Assembly (NCBI GenBank): GCA_020632375.1
Contig: JACKFR010000001.1
Location: 21,106 to 85,105 of the forward strand
DNA length: 64,000 nt
DNA from: Candidatus Nomurabacteria bacterium
GTDB lineage: Bacteria; Patescibacteriota; Dojkabacteria; SC72; JAHDCA01
Reading direction: 5' to 3'
Made by a program: the position numbers and the translations under genes. The notes beneath the pieces were generated by a model that ran no database searches, was not told where the DNA came from, and saw only the letters and a list, made by a program, of their open reading frames with translations. Positions 46,811 to 54,679 of this stretch are shown one piece after another; position 1 is the stretch's first letter; each line of letters opens with the position of its first letter.

Positions 46811-47075
46811 TCAATCTAGATCTTTCTGTTTAGCTTCTGACTCTTTCACCATCTCTAACAGTCTTTTCATATTTTCCATCTGGGTGAGGTAATACGAACT
46901 ATCTTTATCAGATATACAGAACTCAGATCTGTATTTAGTAAGAAGTTCTCGCTCTTTTGTTTTCTCAGCTTCTCTTTCCTCTTGAGATTTCTTGAAGTCA
47001 TATACCTGTGTATTTTTGTAACTACAATTGGGACATTTGTCTGTAATTGTATCTTTGTCGTCTGTATATTTTCAT
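46811..47075 (-). pseudogene. Small ORF (87 aa if repaired) disrupted by a 1-nt frameshift in an A4 run just after its ATG
   Basis: ATG at 47075, then AAAA. Removing one A gives MKYTDDKDTITDKCPNCSYKNTQVYDFKKSQEEREAEK...KQKDLD*. The span is 265 nt, which is 3n+1. Confidence 0.4.
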
Positions 47076-47261
47076 CCACCAGGATGTGAAAATGAAATTC
47101 TTGAATTTAGAGAGAAATTTATGAAGCAACCAAGGGGTTCCCAAGCATAGTGGACAGGTCTTGTCACTACCTTGAAAGAATGGCGGAACTGGTGAAAATT
47201 GATTGGGGAAGGGATGTTTAATGTATAATTACATCAAGAATTAAATCAGGCCACATATTTT

Positions 47262-48209
47262 ATGTTTAAGAAAGCTCTATTTGTAGATTTTCACAAATTT
47301 CAGTATTCTGATCAGATGTACGATCAGGTGTACAAAATGTGCGAGAAATACACTTTTGCTGATGGCTCAAAAGATAATCTTGTAGATTTAGTAGAGGATG
47401 TTGATGCAATATTTGCATTTTATGGTTCTCCAATTACAAAAGAAGTCATTAACTCTGCAACTAAGCTTAAATATATAGGTGTTACTTCTACTGCATACAG
47501 CTTCGTAGACATTGATGCCGCAGCAAAAAGAGATATTCCTGTCACCCACACAGCTTCATATGCTGCACAAGGTGTTGCTGAGCTTATAGTACTAATGTTC
47601 TTATATAATTTACGCAACATAAAAAATGAAAAGTCTAGAATTGCAAGTGGCGACTATGGATTTGAGGTTGAAAAGGGAAGAGAACTTGGTGAAAAAACTT
47701 TAGGAATTATTGGTGCTGGAACAATAGGATGTAGAGTTGCAGAAATATGTAAGGGGTTTGGTATGGAGATAGTTTATTTTTCAAGGGAAGAGAAGGAAAG
47801 AATGAATGTCATAGGTGCTAAAAAAATGAGTATCAATGATGTCGCAAAGAACGCTGACCATATAGCTGTAACATTGTCTTTAAACAAAGAAACAGAAGGT
47901 ATGGTTAATAATGAAGTAATATCAAATATAAAAGAAAATGCAGTAGTCACATGTATCTCCCATCTTCCCTTATTTGATGTTGACGCATTATATGAACGTG
48001 TCAAAAACGGGGAAATTATTTTAGCTACAGACCAAATAGATAGCCTGAACGACGAATGGTTTGAAAAGTTTCGAAAATTAGAAGATGCCGACCTTTATCC
48101 TCACATTGGAGCTGGAACAGTTGAGTCTACGCAAAGAGTGGAAGAAACTTTCGTTTCAAATATTAAAGCATTCTTAGAAAACAGTCCTAAGAATGTTGTT
48201 AATCTGTAG
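47262..48209 (+). CDS. D-isomer-specific 2-hydroxyacid dehydrogenase family protein
   Basis: NAD-binding GIIGAGTIGCRVAE, a two-domain length of about 315 aa, and a C-terminal His context (YPHIGAGT). Confidence 0.7.
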   Translation: MFKKALFVDFHKFQYSDQMYDQVYKMCEKYTFADGSKDNLVDLVEDVDAIFAFYGSPITKEVINSATKLKYIGVTSTAYSFVDIDAAAKRDIPVTHTASYAAQGVAELIVLMFLYNLRNIKNEKSRIASGDYGFEVEKGRELGEKTLGIIGAGTIGCRVAEICKGFGMEIVYFSREEKERMNVIGAKKMSINDVAKNADHIAVTLSLNKETEGMVNNEVISNIKENAVVTCISHLPLFDVDALYERVKNGEIILATDQIDSLNDEWFEKFRKLEDADLYPHIGAGTVESTQRVEETFVSNIKAFLENSPKNVVNL

Positions 48210-48238
48210 GGATGTCTGACGGATGGCTCGAAAAAAAA

Positions 48239-48312
48239 CGGGGTGGACGGGACTCGAACCCGCGACCTTCTCAGTGACAGTGAGATATTCTAACCAGCTG
48301 AACTACCACCCC
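48239..48312 (-). tRNA. tRNA-Asp (anticodon GUC), CCA not encoded
   Basis: The reverse complement folds with acceptor GGGGTGG/CCACCCC, anticodon stem TCTCA/TGAGA with loop CTGTCAC, and a GGTTCGAGTCC T-arm. Confidence 0.9.
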
Positions 48313-48534
48313 AGTTTTTATTGTCACAGTAGACGCTTTCGCTAGACGAGAGTATATCAAAAGGCATACCCATTGACAATCAAAATTTCTTAACCAGCAC
48401 TTTTTAACGAAGCCCTTCCCTTGAGACTTCTTAGCATCAAGTAGCGTATAATAAATCACTATGCACAAGGGATTAGGCAGAGTGTTTGAAGTAGATGAAA
48501 TAGTTCAGCTGGGTCTTAGAACTGACTGGGATAA

Positions 48535-48951
48535 CTACAACCACAAACTCTCTTCTCTCAGCCGGACAAATCCGAAAACGTGCGCATCATAGATTTGATC
48601 TGATCTGTAACTTTTTCCGGCGCAGGTGATTCTTTTGATTCCGATGAAAAATACATTTTTAGGTGGAATAAGTACATTTTCATTTCCTTTGATCATGCAC
48701 ACAGGGAGTCCCCCTGCTTCGATCACTTGGTAAACACCATCTCTTAAACGAACTTCTTTAGTAGCGTCCACAAACCTCATTCCCCGATTTCCTAGGCTGA
48801 CCGGGTGGGCTATATGCTTGCCCATCTGATCGCCCACATAAGTGAACTCGTACCCAATCTGAGGTTCAGAAATTCCATCCAGAAAATCTGGGAGTCCATG
48901 CAAAATATTTGCACCTTCCACCACATCTGTGGTGCGTTTATATACCGTCAT
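48535..48951 (-). CDS. GC-rich orphan protein (138 aa)
   Basis: An intact ORF whose spot GC counts (about 45-57% on two 60-nt lines) are far above the surrounding DNA. I recognised no family. Confidence 0.45.
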   Translation of the reverse strand: MTVYKRTTDVVEGANILHGLPDFLDGISEPQIGYEFTYVGDQMGKHIAHPVSLGNRGMRFVDATKEVRLRDGVYQVIEAGGLPVCMIKGNENVLIPPKNVFFIGIKRITCAGKSYRSDQIYDAHVFGFVRLREESLWL

Positions 48952-48998
48952 TAAGACAATTCTAGATTATATCTTTTTTGCCCAAAAGCATTTATCCT

Positions 48999-49316
48999 TT
49001 ATGCGTGCCGATTAATTGCGTCGACATAGGCTTGCTTCGGTTGTACTCCAATAAGCTTTTCTACAACTTCACCATCCTTAAATATCATTACAGTTGGGAT
49101 ACTCATCACTTGATACTTTGCTGCAGTAGCCTGGTTCTCGTCAACATTTAGCTTCCCGACCTTAATCTTATTTCCCATCTCATCTGCAATTTCTTCAACT
49201 GTCGGCGCAAGCATATGGCACGGTCCGCACCAGTCTGCCCAAAAATCAACCATAACTAAACCACTGGCATCAAGGACATCGCCTTGCCAGCCTGTATCTG
49301 TAAATGCAGCAGCCAT
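48999..49316 (-). CDS. trxA: Thioredoxin
   Basis: [13 protein letters not shown] active site in a 105-aa protein. Confidence 0.92.
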   Translation of the reverse strand: MAAAFTDTGWQGDVLDASGLVMVDFWADWCGPCHMLAPTVEEIADEMGNKIKVGKLNVDENQATAAKYQVMSIPTVMIFKDGEVVEKLIGVQPKQAYVDAINRHA

Positions 49317-49433
49317 AAAAGTTTTACGTAAATTTACATAGCTCGAGAGCTTGTCACTCTCAACTGCAGTATTATATCATTTGAAAATGTTTCAATGCGA
49401 GTCGGTTTGTTTTGGCCTCCTAGCCGCTGCTTC

Positions 49434-49462
49434 TTGGATTCTTCTTCCCGATTTAATATAAT
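49434..49462 (+). promoter_or_regulatory. Sigma70-like promoter for the tsaCE-tsaD operon
   Basis: TTGGAT - 17 nt - TATAAT, ending 28 nt upstream of the ATG at 49491. Confidence 0.45.
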
Positions 49463-49490
49463 CCCTTTGTCTAAATGACTTTCAGCTACA

Positions 49491-50597
49491 ATGAAAACTC
49501 TCCGGTTAGAGAAAGGTAAGTCTTACAAAAGAATTATACAAGAAGCTATTAACACACTAGAGGTTAGCGGGATGATCGTTTACCCGACTGAAACCTGTTA
49601 TGGGATCGGTGTTGACGCTACAGACCAGGCAGCAGTAGACAAGCTGATGAAGTATAAGTCACGTAGAGAAGGGAAACCTCTCTCAGTTGCTGTCTCAGAC
49701 CGAGAAATGGCAAGCAAGTATGCAGAAATTAATGATCTTGCTGACAATCTTTACAAGAACTATCTTCCGGGGCCAGTTACAGTTATATCAAAAGGACTTG
49801 GCAAGCTTGCAAAAGGTGTAGAGTCAGAATTCGGCACTCTCGGAATCAGGATCCCGGACTACCCGCTCATTCTTGATATTGTTTCTAAACTCGGGCGTCC
49901 TGTTACATCTACTTCGGCAAACATCTCTTATAAAAATCGTCCATATAGTATTGAAGCCCTTCTTAAAGACACCCCAGAAAAACAGCTAGATCTGATTGAC
50001 TTAATAATCGACGCAGGTGAGCTTCCACATAATGAGCCTTCAACTGTTGTAGATACAACCCTGAATAATCTTAATGTTATGCGGGCTGGTTCATTAAAGT
50101 TTAATCAGAACTTAACCGAGGATAAAATCATCTTTGCAGCAAATACAAAATCTGTTCAAGAAACTGAAAATTTCGGGGCTATGGTTATGTTGAAATTTAT
50201 CGACACCCCATTAAAACAACCATTTGTTCTTGCACTTAAAGGAGAACTTGGCGCAGGTAAGACCCAATTTGTAAAAGGGTTGGCAAAATCTTTGAAAATA
50301 GCTGACCAGATTTCATCACCAACATATACATTAATTGACGAGTATAAGTACAATTTCGGGCATCGAAAAGGCTATCTTGCACACATGGATACTTGGAGAG
50401 TAGACGGTGTAGAAGAACTGATCAGGACAGGTTATAGTGATTATCTCCAACCAGGGAATGTCCTTGCGATCGAATGGGCAGATAAGTTTTTTGCCGAAAT
50501 AGAGAACCAAACAAAAGCATCAGGTGCAAAAATGATCAAAGTAGATTTTGAGCATATTTCAGAGTCAGAAAGAAGAATTAGAGTTTATGAAGAATAA
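49491..50597 (+). CDS. Fusion protein: TsaC/YrdC (threonylcarbamoyl-AMP synthase) N-domain plus TsaE/YjeE ATPase C-domain
   Basis: N-terminal half: MIVYPTETCYGIGVDATDQAAVDKLMKYKSRREGKPLSV (YrdC fold). C-terminal half: LKGELGAGKTQFVKGLAK...SSPTYTLIDEY (TsaE P-loop and SPTF-like motif). Confidence 0.8.
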   Translation: MKTLRLEKGKSYKRIIQEAINTLEVSGMIVYPTETCYGIGVDATDQAAVDKLMKYKSRREGKPLSVAVSDREMASKYAEINDLADNLYKNYLPGPVTVISKGLGKLAKGVESEFGTLGIRIPDYPLILDIVSKLGRPVTSTSANISYKNRPYSIEALLKDTPEKQLDLIDLIIDAGELPHNEPSTVVDTTLNNLNVMRAGSLKFNQNLTEDKIIFAANTKSVQETENFGAMVMLKFIDTPLKQPFVLALKGELGAGKTQFVKGLAKSLKIADQISSPTYTLIDEYKYNFGHRKGYLAHMDTWRVDGVEELIRTGYSDYLQPGNVLAIEWADKFFAEIENQTKASGAKMIKVDFEHISESERRIRVYEE

Positions 50598-51666
50598 AAA
50601 CATTAAAATTCTTGCAATCGATACTAGCTGCGATGAAACTTCGGTTGCAGTCTTAGAAGATCGTAAAGTGCTTGCAAATGTCTTGGCATCACAAACCGAG
50701 CTTCATAAAAAATGGGGCGGAGTAGTGCCTATGGTTGCACGTAGAGCACATCAAGAGAATATTGGGAAGTGCTATTTAGAAGCAATGAAGCGGGCACGAT
50801 TAAAAATCGATGATATTGACGTGGTGGCAGCAACATACGGCCCCGGCTTGGCGATTGACCTTGAAGTCGGACTTCAATTTGCCCAAAAGTTTGCAATTGA
50901 AAATAAAAAACCTTTTATTCCTGTGAACCATATGGAAGGGCACTTGCTCTCTTCTCTTGCGCTCAATTCAAAAGGTCACGGGGTTTCAGAGTCACTAGAC
51001 AAAAAACAGCTCTTTCCTGCACTTGGTCTGTTGGTTTCAGGTAAACACACAGAAATTATTTTGGCAAAAGACTACGGCAACTACCAAAAGCTAGGAAAGA
51101 CCCTTGATGACGCTGCAGGCGAAGCTTTTGATAAAGTCGGCAGAATGCTTAATTTTGGCTATCCAGGAGGGCCGATAGTTTCTGAATTTGCGAAAAAAGC
51201 AAATCATAAGGAATCGTTTGAGCTTCCCGTTCCGATGCGTAGCTCTGGAAATCTAGATTTCAGCTTTTCGGGTTTGAAAACAGCTTGTCTTTACAAGATA
51301 AACTCATTACGGGAGAGTGGACGATCAGATAAAGAGTGGGCTAACGACTTTTGTTGGGAGTTTATTGAATGCGTCGTCCTTTCTATTACAGAGAAACTCG
51401 GAGAAGCTATAAATCAAAACCCTGGGGTTAAATCATTACTTGTCGGTGGAGGGGTATTTAATAATGAAACATTAGCTCGAAGAGTAGGGAGACTTGCCAG
51501 AAAACATGGTTTGAAGTATCTGCTTCCTGAAAAAAAGTATCGCAGTGACAATGCTGTTATGATAGATCTTGCCGCATACGTGCACGCTGCAGGGAGTGAA
51601 GTGCTTATAGGCAAGAAAGCAATTTCAAAAGTCGACCGAGTTCCCCGATTGTCTATTTCTGACTGA
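50587..51666 (+). CDS. tsaD: tRNA N6-adenosine threonylcarbamoyltransferase TsaD
   Basis: ILAIDTSCDETSVAV, VNHMEGHLL (metal-binding His pair) and GGGVFNN. The start overlaps the fusion gene by 11 nt. Confidence 0.9.
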   Translation: MKNKNIKILAIDTSCDETSVAVLEDRKVLANVLASQTELHKKWGGVVPMVARRAHQENIGKCYLEAMKRARLKIDDIDVVAATYGPGLAIDLEVGLQFAQKFAIENKKPFIPVNHMEGHLLSSLALNSKGHGVSESLDKKQLFPALGLLVSGKHTEIILAKDYGNYQKLGKTLDDAAGEAFDKVGRMLNFGYPGGPIVSEFAKKANHKESFELPVPMRSSGNLDFSFSGLKTACLYKINSLRESGRSDKEWANDFCWEFIECVVLSITEKLGEAINQNPGVKSLLVGGGVFNNETLARRVGRLARKHGLKYLLPEKKYRSDNAVMIDLAAYVHAAGSEVLIGKKAISKVDRVPRLSISD

Positions 51667-52933
51667 TCATCTCTTCAATTTCAGTCAGCCGATTGTATTT
51701 AGCCAGCCTTTCTCCTCTATCTGGACCTCCAAACTTGCTTTGATCGGCTGCTGTACCAACCACCAGATCTGCAATCATATCATCGTTTGTTTCTCCACCA
51801 CGATGAGAAATTACTGCAGTATAGCCTGCTGAAACTGCTAACTTAATTGCGTTGATCGTCTCAGTTACAGACCCAATCTGGTTCAATTTGATCAAAACCG
51901 AATTAACAGCATTGTCATCAATCGCCTTCTTGATCCTTTTCACATTTGTTGTCAGCAAATCATCGCCAACAATCTGGTGTGATTGGCTAAATTGTTGGGT
52001 AAATAGTGCCCAGCCATCCCAGTCTTCTTCATCAAGCGGGTCTTCAGTGCTCCAAATAGGGTACTGAGAGTACATTTCCTTTTGGAAATCTATCCACTCT
52101 TCACGGTTGAGAGATTTTTGCTCTCGCTTTAATTCATAAAGACCGGTTTTATGGTTGTAGAATTCTGAAGAAGCAATGTCTATCGCAAGAACAATCTCGT
52201 CATCAGGCTTATAACCTGCTTTAGTTATCCCTTCTAATATTAAGTCAAAAGCTTCGGCATTAGATTTTATAGTTGTCGGTGCAAATGCGCCTTCAAATCC
52301 GACTGCACCAGAATAGCCTCTCTCAACCAGTAGGTCATGAGTTGCTTTGAATATTTCAGCTCCAGCTCTCAGTGCTTCTTTAAATTCAGGAAATTTCTCT
52401 TTTCTTGGCACCACCATATATTCCTGAAAATCTGTCGCCCAATTGCCATGAAGGCCGCCTTCCATGATAAGAATCATCGGCTGAGGCAGCTGCAGAAGTG
52501 AATGGTCAAACCCTGGCCCCCAATATATTTCTGCAAAGTATTCATAGAGTGGCTTCTGCATACTCGCAGCTGAAGCCCTACAGAAGGCCATTGATGCAGA
52601 TAAGATCGAGTTGCCGCCTAGCTTTTCTTTTAGCTCTGTGCCGTCCAGTTCAATAAGATGTCGGTCAAATTCTACCTGACTTGCAAATTCCTTTCCTATG
52701 ATTGACGGAGCAATTACAGCATTTACTTTTTCAACAGCTTTCAGAGTTCCTTTACCAAAGTAGCGTTTTTTATCTCTGTCACGCATTTCCAACACCTCTG
52801 TTGTGCCAGTTGACGCTCCTGAAGGCACTTGTCCTTTGGCTGTAGTTCCATCTTCCAATGTAATTAGGGCTTCAAGGGTAGGAATGCCTCTCGAATCAAG
52901 TATTTCGCGTGCAGATATAGATTTAATCTTCAT
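51653..52933 (-). CDS. eno: Enolase
   Basis: MKIKSISAREILDSRGIPTLEA..., SGASTG and IKLNQIGSVTE. The start was moved to the ATG at 52933; the longer ORF-track version runs antisense through tRNA-Leu. Confidence 0.95.
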   Translation of the reverse strand: MKIKSISAREILDSRGIPTLEALITLEDGTTAKGQVPSGASTGTTEVLEMRDRDKKRYFGKGTLKAVEKVNAVIAPSIIGKEFASQVEFDRHLIELDGTELKEKLGGNSILSASMAFCRASAASMQKPLYEYFAEIYWGPGFDHSLLQLPQPMILIMEGGLHGNWATDFQEYMVVPRKEKFPEFKEALRAGAEIFKATHDLLVERGYSGAVGFEGAFAPTTIKSNAEAFDLILEGITKAGYKPDDEIVLAIDIASSEFYNHKTGLYELKREQKSLNREEWIDFQKEMYSQYPIWSTEDPLDEEDWDGWALFTQQFSQSHQIVGDDLLTTNVKRIKKAIDDNAVNSVLIKLNQIGSVTETINAIKLAVSAGYTAVISHRGGETNDDMIADLVVGTAADQSKFGGPDRGERLAKYNRLTEIEEMISQK

Positions 52934-53046
52934 TAAATTGGTAGAGCAGATTATTTTAGTCTGGATAAAATATAGCACATGACATTTTAATGATCTAACC
53001 TGTCTCGCTCGCCTGAAGTTTTTTGGTGTATAATTACCGACATGAA

Positions 53047-53136
53047 GCCGAGGTGGTGGAATTGGCAGACACGCTACCTTGAGGTGGTAGTGGGCATAAT
53101 ACGCTCGTGCAGGTTCAAGTCCTGTCCTCGGCACCA
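53047..53136 (+). tRNA. tRNA-Leu (anticodon GAG), long variable arm, CCA encoded
   Basis: Acceptor GCCGAGG/CCTCGGC, anticodon stem CTACC/GGTAG with loop TTGAGGT, an extra arm, and the terminus ...GGCACCA. Confidence 0.88.
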
Positions 53137-53184
53137 AAGAGTGGTTGTCTATGTGCTGCTTTGCGTGTAGAATCCACTATCTGT

Positions 53185-53261
53185 GGGCGATTAGCTCAGC
53201 TGGCTAGAGCATCTCGTTTACACCGAGAGGGTCGTAGGTTCGAGTCCTTCATCGCCCACCA
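53185..53261 (+). tRNA. tRNA-Val (anticodon UAC), CCA encoded
   Basis: Acceptor GGGCGAT/ATCGCCC, D-arm AGCTCAGCTGGCTAGAGC, anticodon loop TTTACAC, a GGTTCGAGTCC T-arm, and the terminus ACCA. Confidence 0.9.
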
Positions 53262-53266
53262 GTATA

Positions 53267-54259
53267 TTAACTCCCGACCAACTGTTTAAAATTTTCTTCC
53301 ACGTTGAAAACATTACTTGGCTTCAGGTTTAGGGTTTTTGCTACCAAGTACTCTGTGGCATGGATGAAGGTTATGAGATCTTTATGTTTGGCATTCACGG
53401 ATTTCTCTCCGAAATGGCTTAACCTATTTCTACATTGTACTAGGTCCTTAACTTTCTCGTCGTCAATCGCTATAAATGAGAAATATTTCCGGAGGACGAA
53501 TTTTACTTTATCTTTACCTTTTGTATTAAAAACGTCTTTATCCGCTTGGTCCTGATTTCTACATGCGTAGATGTTTTCCCATATTGTCCAAGCATGAAGA
53601 AAGTTAGAGTAGTAAAGCCTTTCGAGTGAAAGAGAATTTCTGGCAATCATTTCTTCGCAGATTAAGAGGTAGAATCCATTTCTGTATTTCTTTTTCCAGG
53701 TTGAATCGTTTATCAGTTCTAAAATAGTGTTTATTCCTTCTTCAAATCCCTTATCGTAATGGATCCAGTCTTTATCTTCCATGAAATTGGTCGGGCTTTT
53801 TGAATCCTTATTAACAATTTCGATATTTTGAGGGATTGAGCAATGCAGTGTCACTCCAAAATCTGCCATTCTTGGATCTGCAATAATTGTCGACTCATCG
53901 TTATTAGGAAGTGAAAGGAATACCTTTCGGCGCGTGAAAATCGATAAGAGGTGTAAGATGTCGTCTAGTTCAGAGGCTTTCGATTTACTAATGAGCACCG
54001 AGTTCCGTGGTCTCCCTGGTGTTTTTTTTCTTACGCTTGCTGTGATAGCGTGCGAACCAGTACAACTCTTTATTTCAAATTCAGCTGCTATATTAACCCT
54101 CTGTTGAAGAGCTTGTAGTGCACCATGGTAGTTCTCGATTCTTTCAAAGATATAATCTCCAATCGATAGCTGATCGCAATAGTCTGGGAATTCTAGGTTA
54201 TAAACAAAACGTTTGGCCATTAGGACCTCTCTTGAAATGAAGTGAACCATATCGTTCAC
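53267..54259 (-). CDS. Hypothetical protein with a C-terminal HEPN-like RNxxxH motif (putative RNase/abortive-infection-type toxin)
   Basis: VQCRNRLSHFGEK (R277-x4-H282, encoded at 53414..53431) sits in a helical C-terminal region. The N-terminal 250 aa are unassigned and include an AT-hook-like KKTPGRPRN. The stop lies 5 nt from the tRNA-Val 3' end. Confidence 0.45.
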   Translation of the reverse strand: MNDMVHFISREVLMAKRFVYNLEFPDYCDQLSIGDYIFERIENYHGALQALQQRVNIAAEFEIKSCTGSHAITASVRKKTPGRPRNSVLISKSKASELDDILHLLSIFTRRKVFLSLPNNDESTIIADPRMADFGVTLHCSIPQNIEIVNKDSKSPTNFMEDKDWIHYDKGFEEGINTILELINDSTWKKKYRNGFYLLICEEMIARNSLSLERLYYSNFLHAWTIWENIYACRNQDQADKDVFNTKGKDKVKFVLRKYFSFIAIDDEKVKDLVQCRNRLSHFGEKSVNAKHKDLITFIHATEYLVAKTLNLKPSNVFNVEENFKQLVGS

Positions 54260-54474
54260 AAATACTTTGAGGATGATATCTAAAAAAGATGTTCAAAAAA
54301 AGTCTTAGTTATATAAAAACAGTTGAGTATGGTTTCTTCTCGACCCATCTGCTATAATCAACCCTATGAACAAAGCATTAAATCTAAAATTTAGATTCTG
54401 GCGACCCTCTAACAACTAAGAGGGTGTGATGCTTTATATTTCCATTTTGTATGTTTAGCTAGAGTATCCACCTT

Positions 54475-54548
54475 GGGTGGGTAGTTTGAATTGGTTAAAA
54501 CAACAGTCTCCAAAACTGTAGTTACGGGTTCGATTCCCGTCCCACCTA
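54475..54548 (+). tRNA. tRNA-Trp (anticodon CCA), CCA tail not encoded
   Basis: Acceptor GGGTGGG/CCCACCT (G1-U72), anticodon stem ACAGT/ACTGT with loop CTCCAAA, and a GGTTCGATTCC T-arm. Confidence 0.85.
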
Positions 54549-54679
54549 CAATTTTTCTAAATTAATCTATACAAAAATGACAAATAAAATACCTAATTGT
54601 GAAATAAAAACAATTGATAAACTAGACCAGTACTGTCTTTGGTCTTGATCAAAGAGATTTTGAATCATTACTTTCAAAT

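Noticed and set aside
52934-53137. The ORF track extends the enolase ORF 68 codons upstream (MVPRTGLEPARAYY...), giving 494 aa.
   Set aside because: The extension is the antisense reading of tRNA-Leu (53047..53136). The conserved enolase N-terminus (MKIKSISAREILDSRG) begins at the ATG at 52933.
54300-54474. Short hairpins upstream of tRNA-Trp (AATCTAAA/TTTAGATT and CCCTCT-N8-AGAGGG) could mark a small RNA.
   Set aside because: The stems are only 6-8 bp, partly AT-only, and I recognised no conserved ncRNA architecture. They are more likely promoter or processing context for the tRNA.
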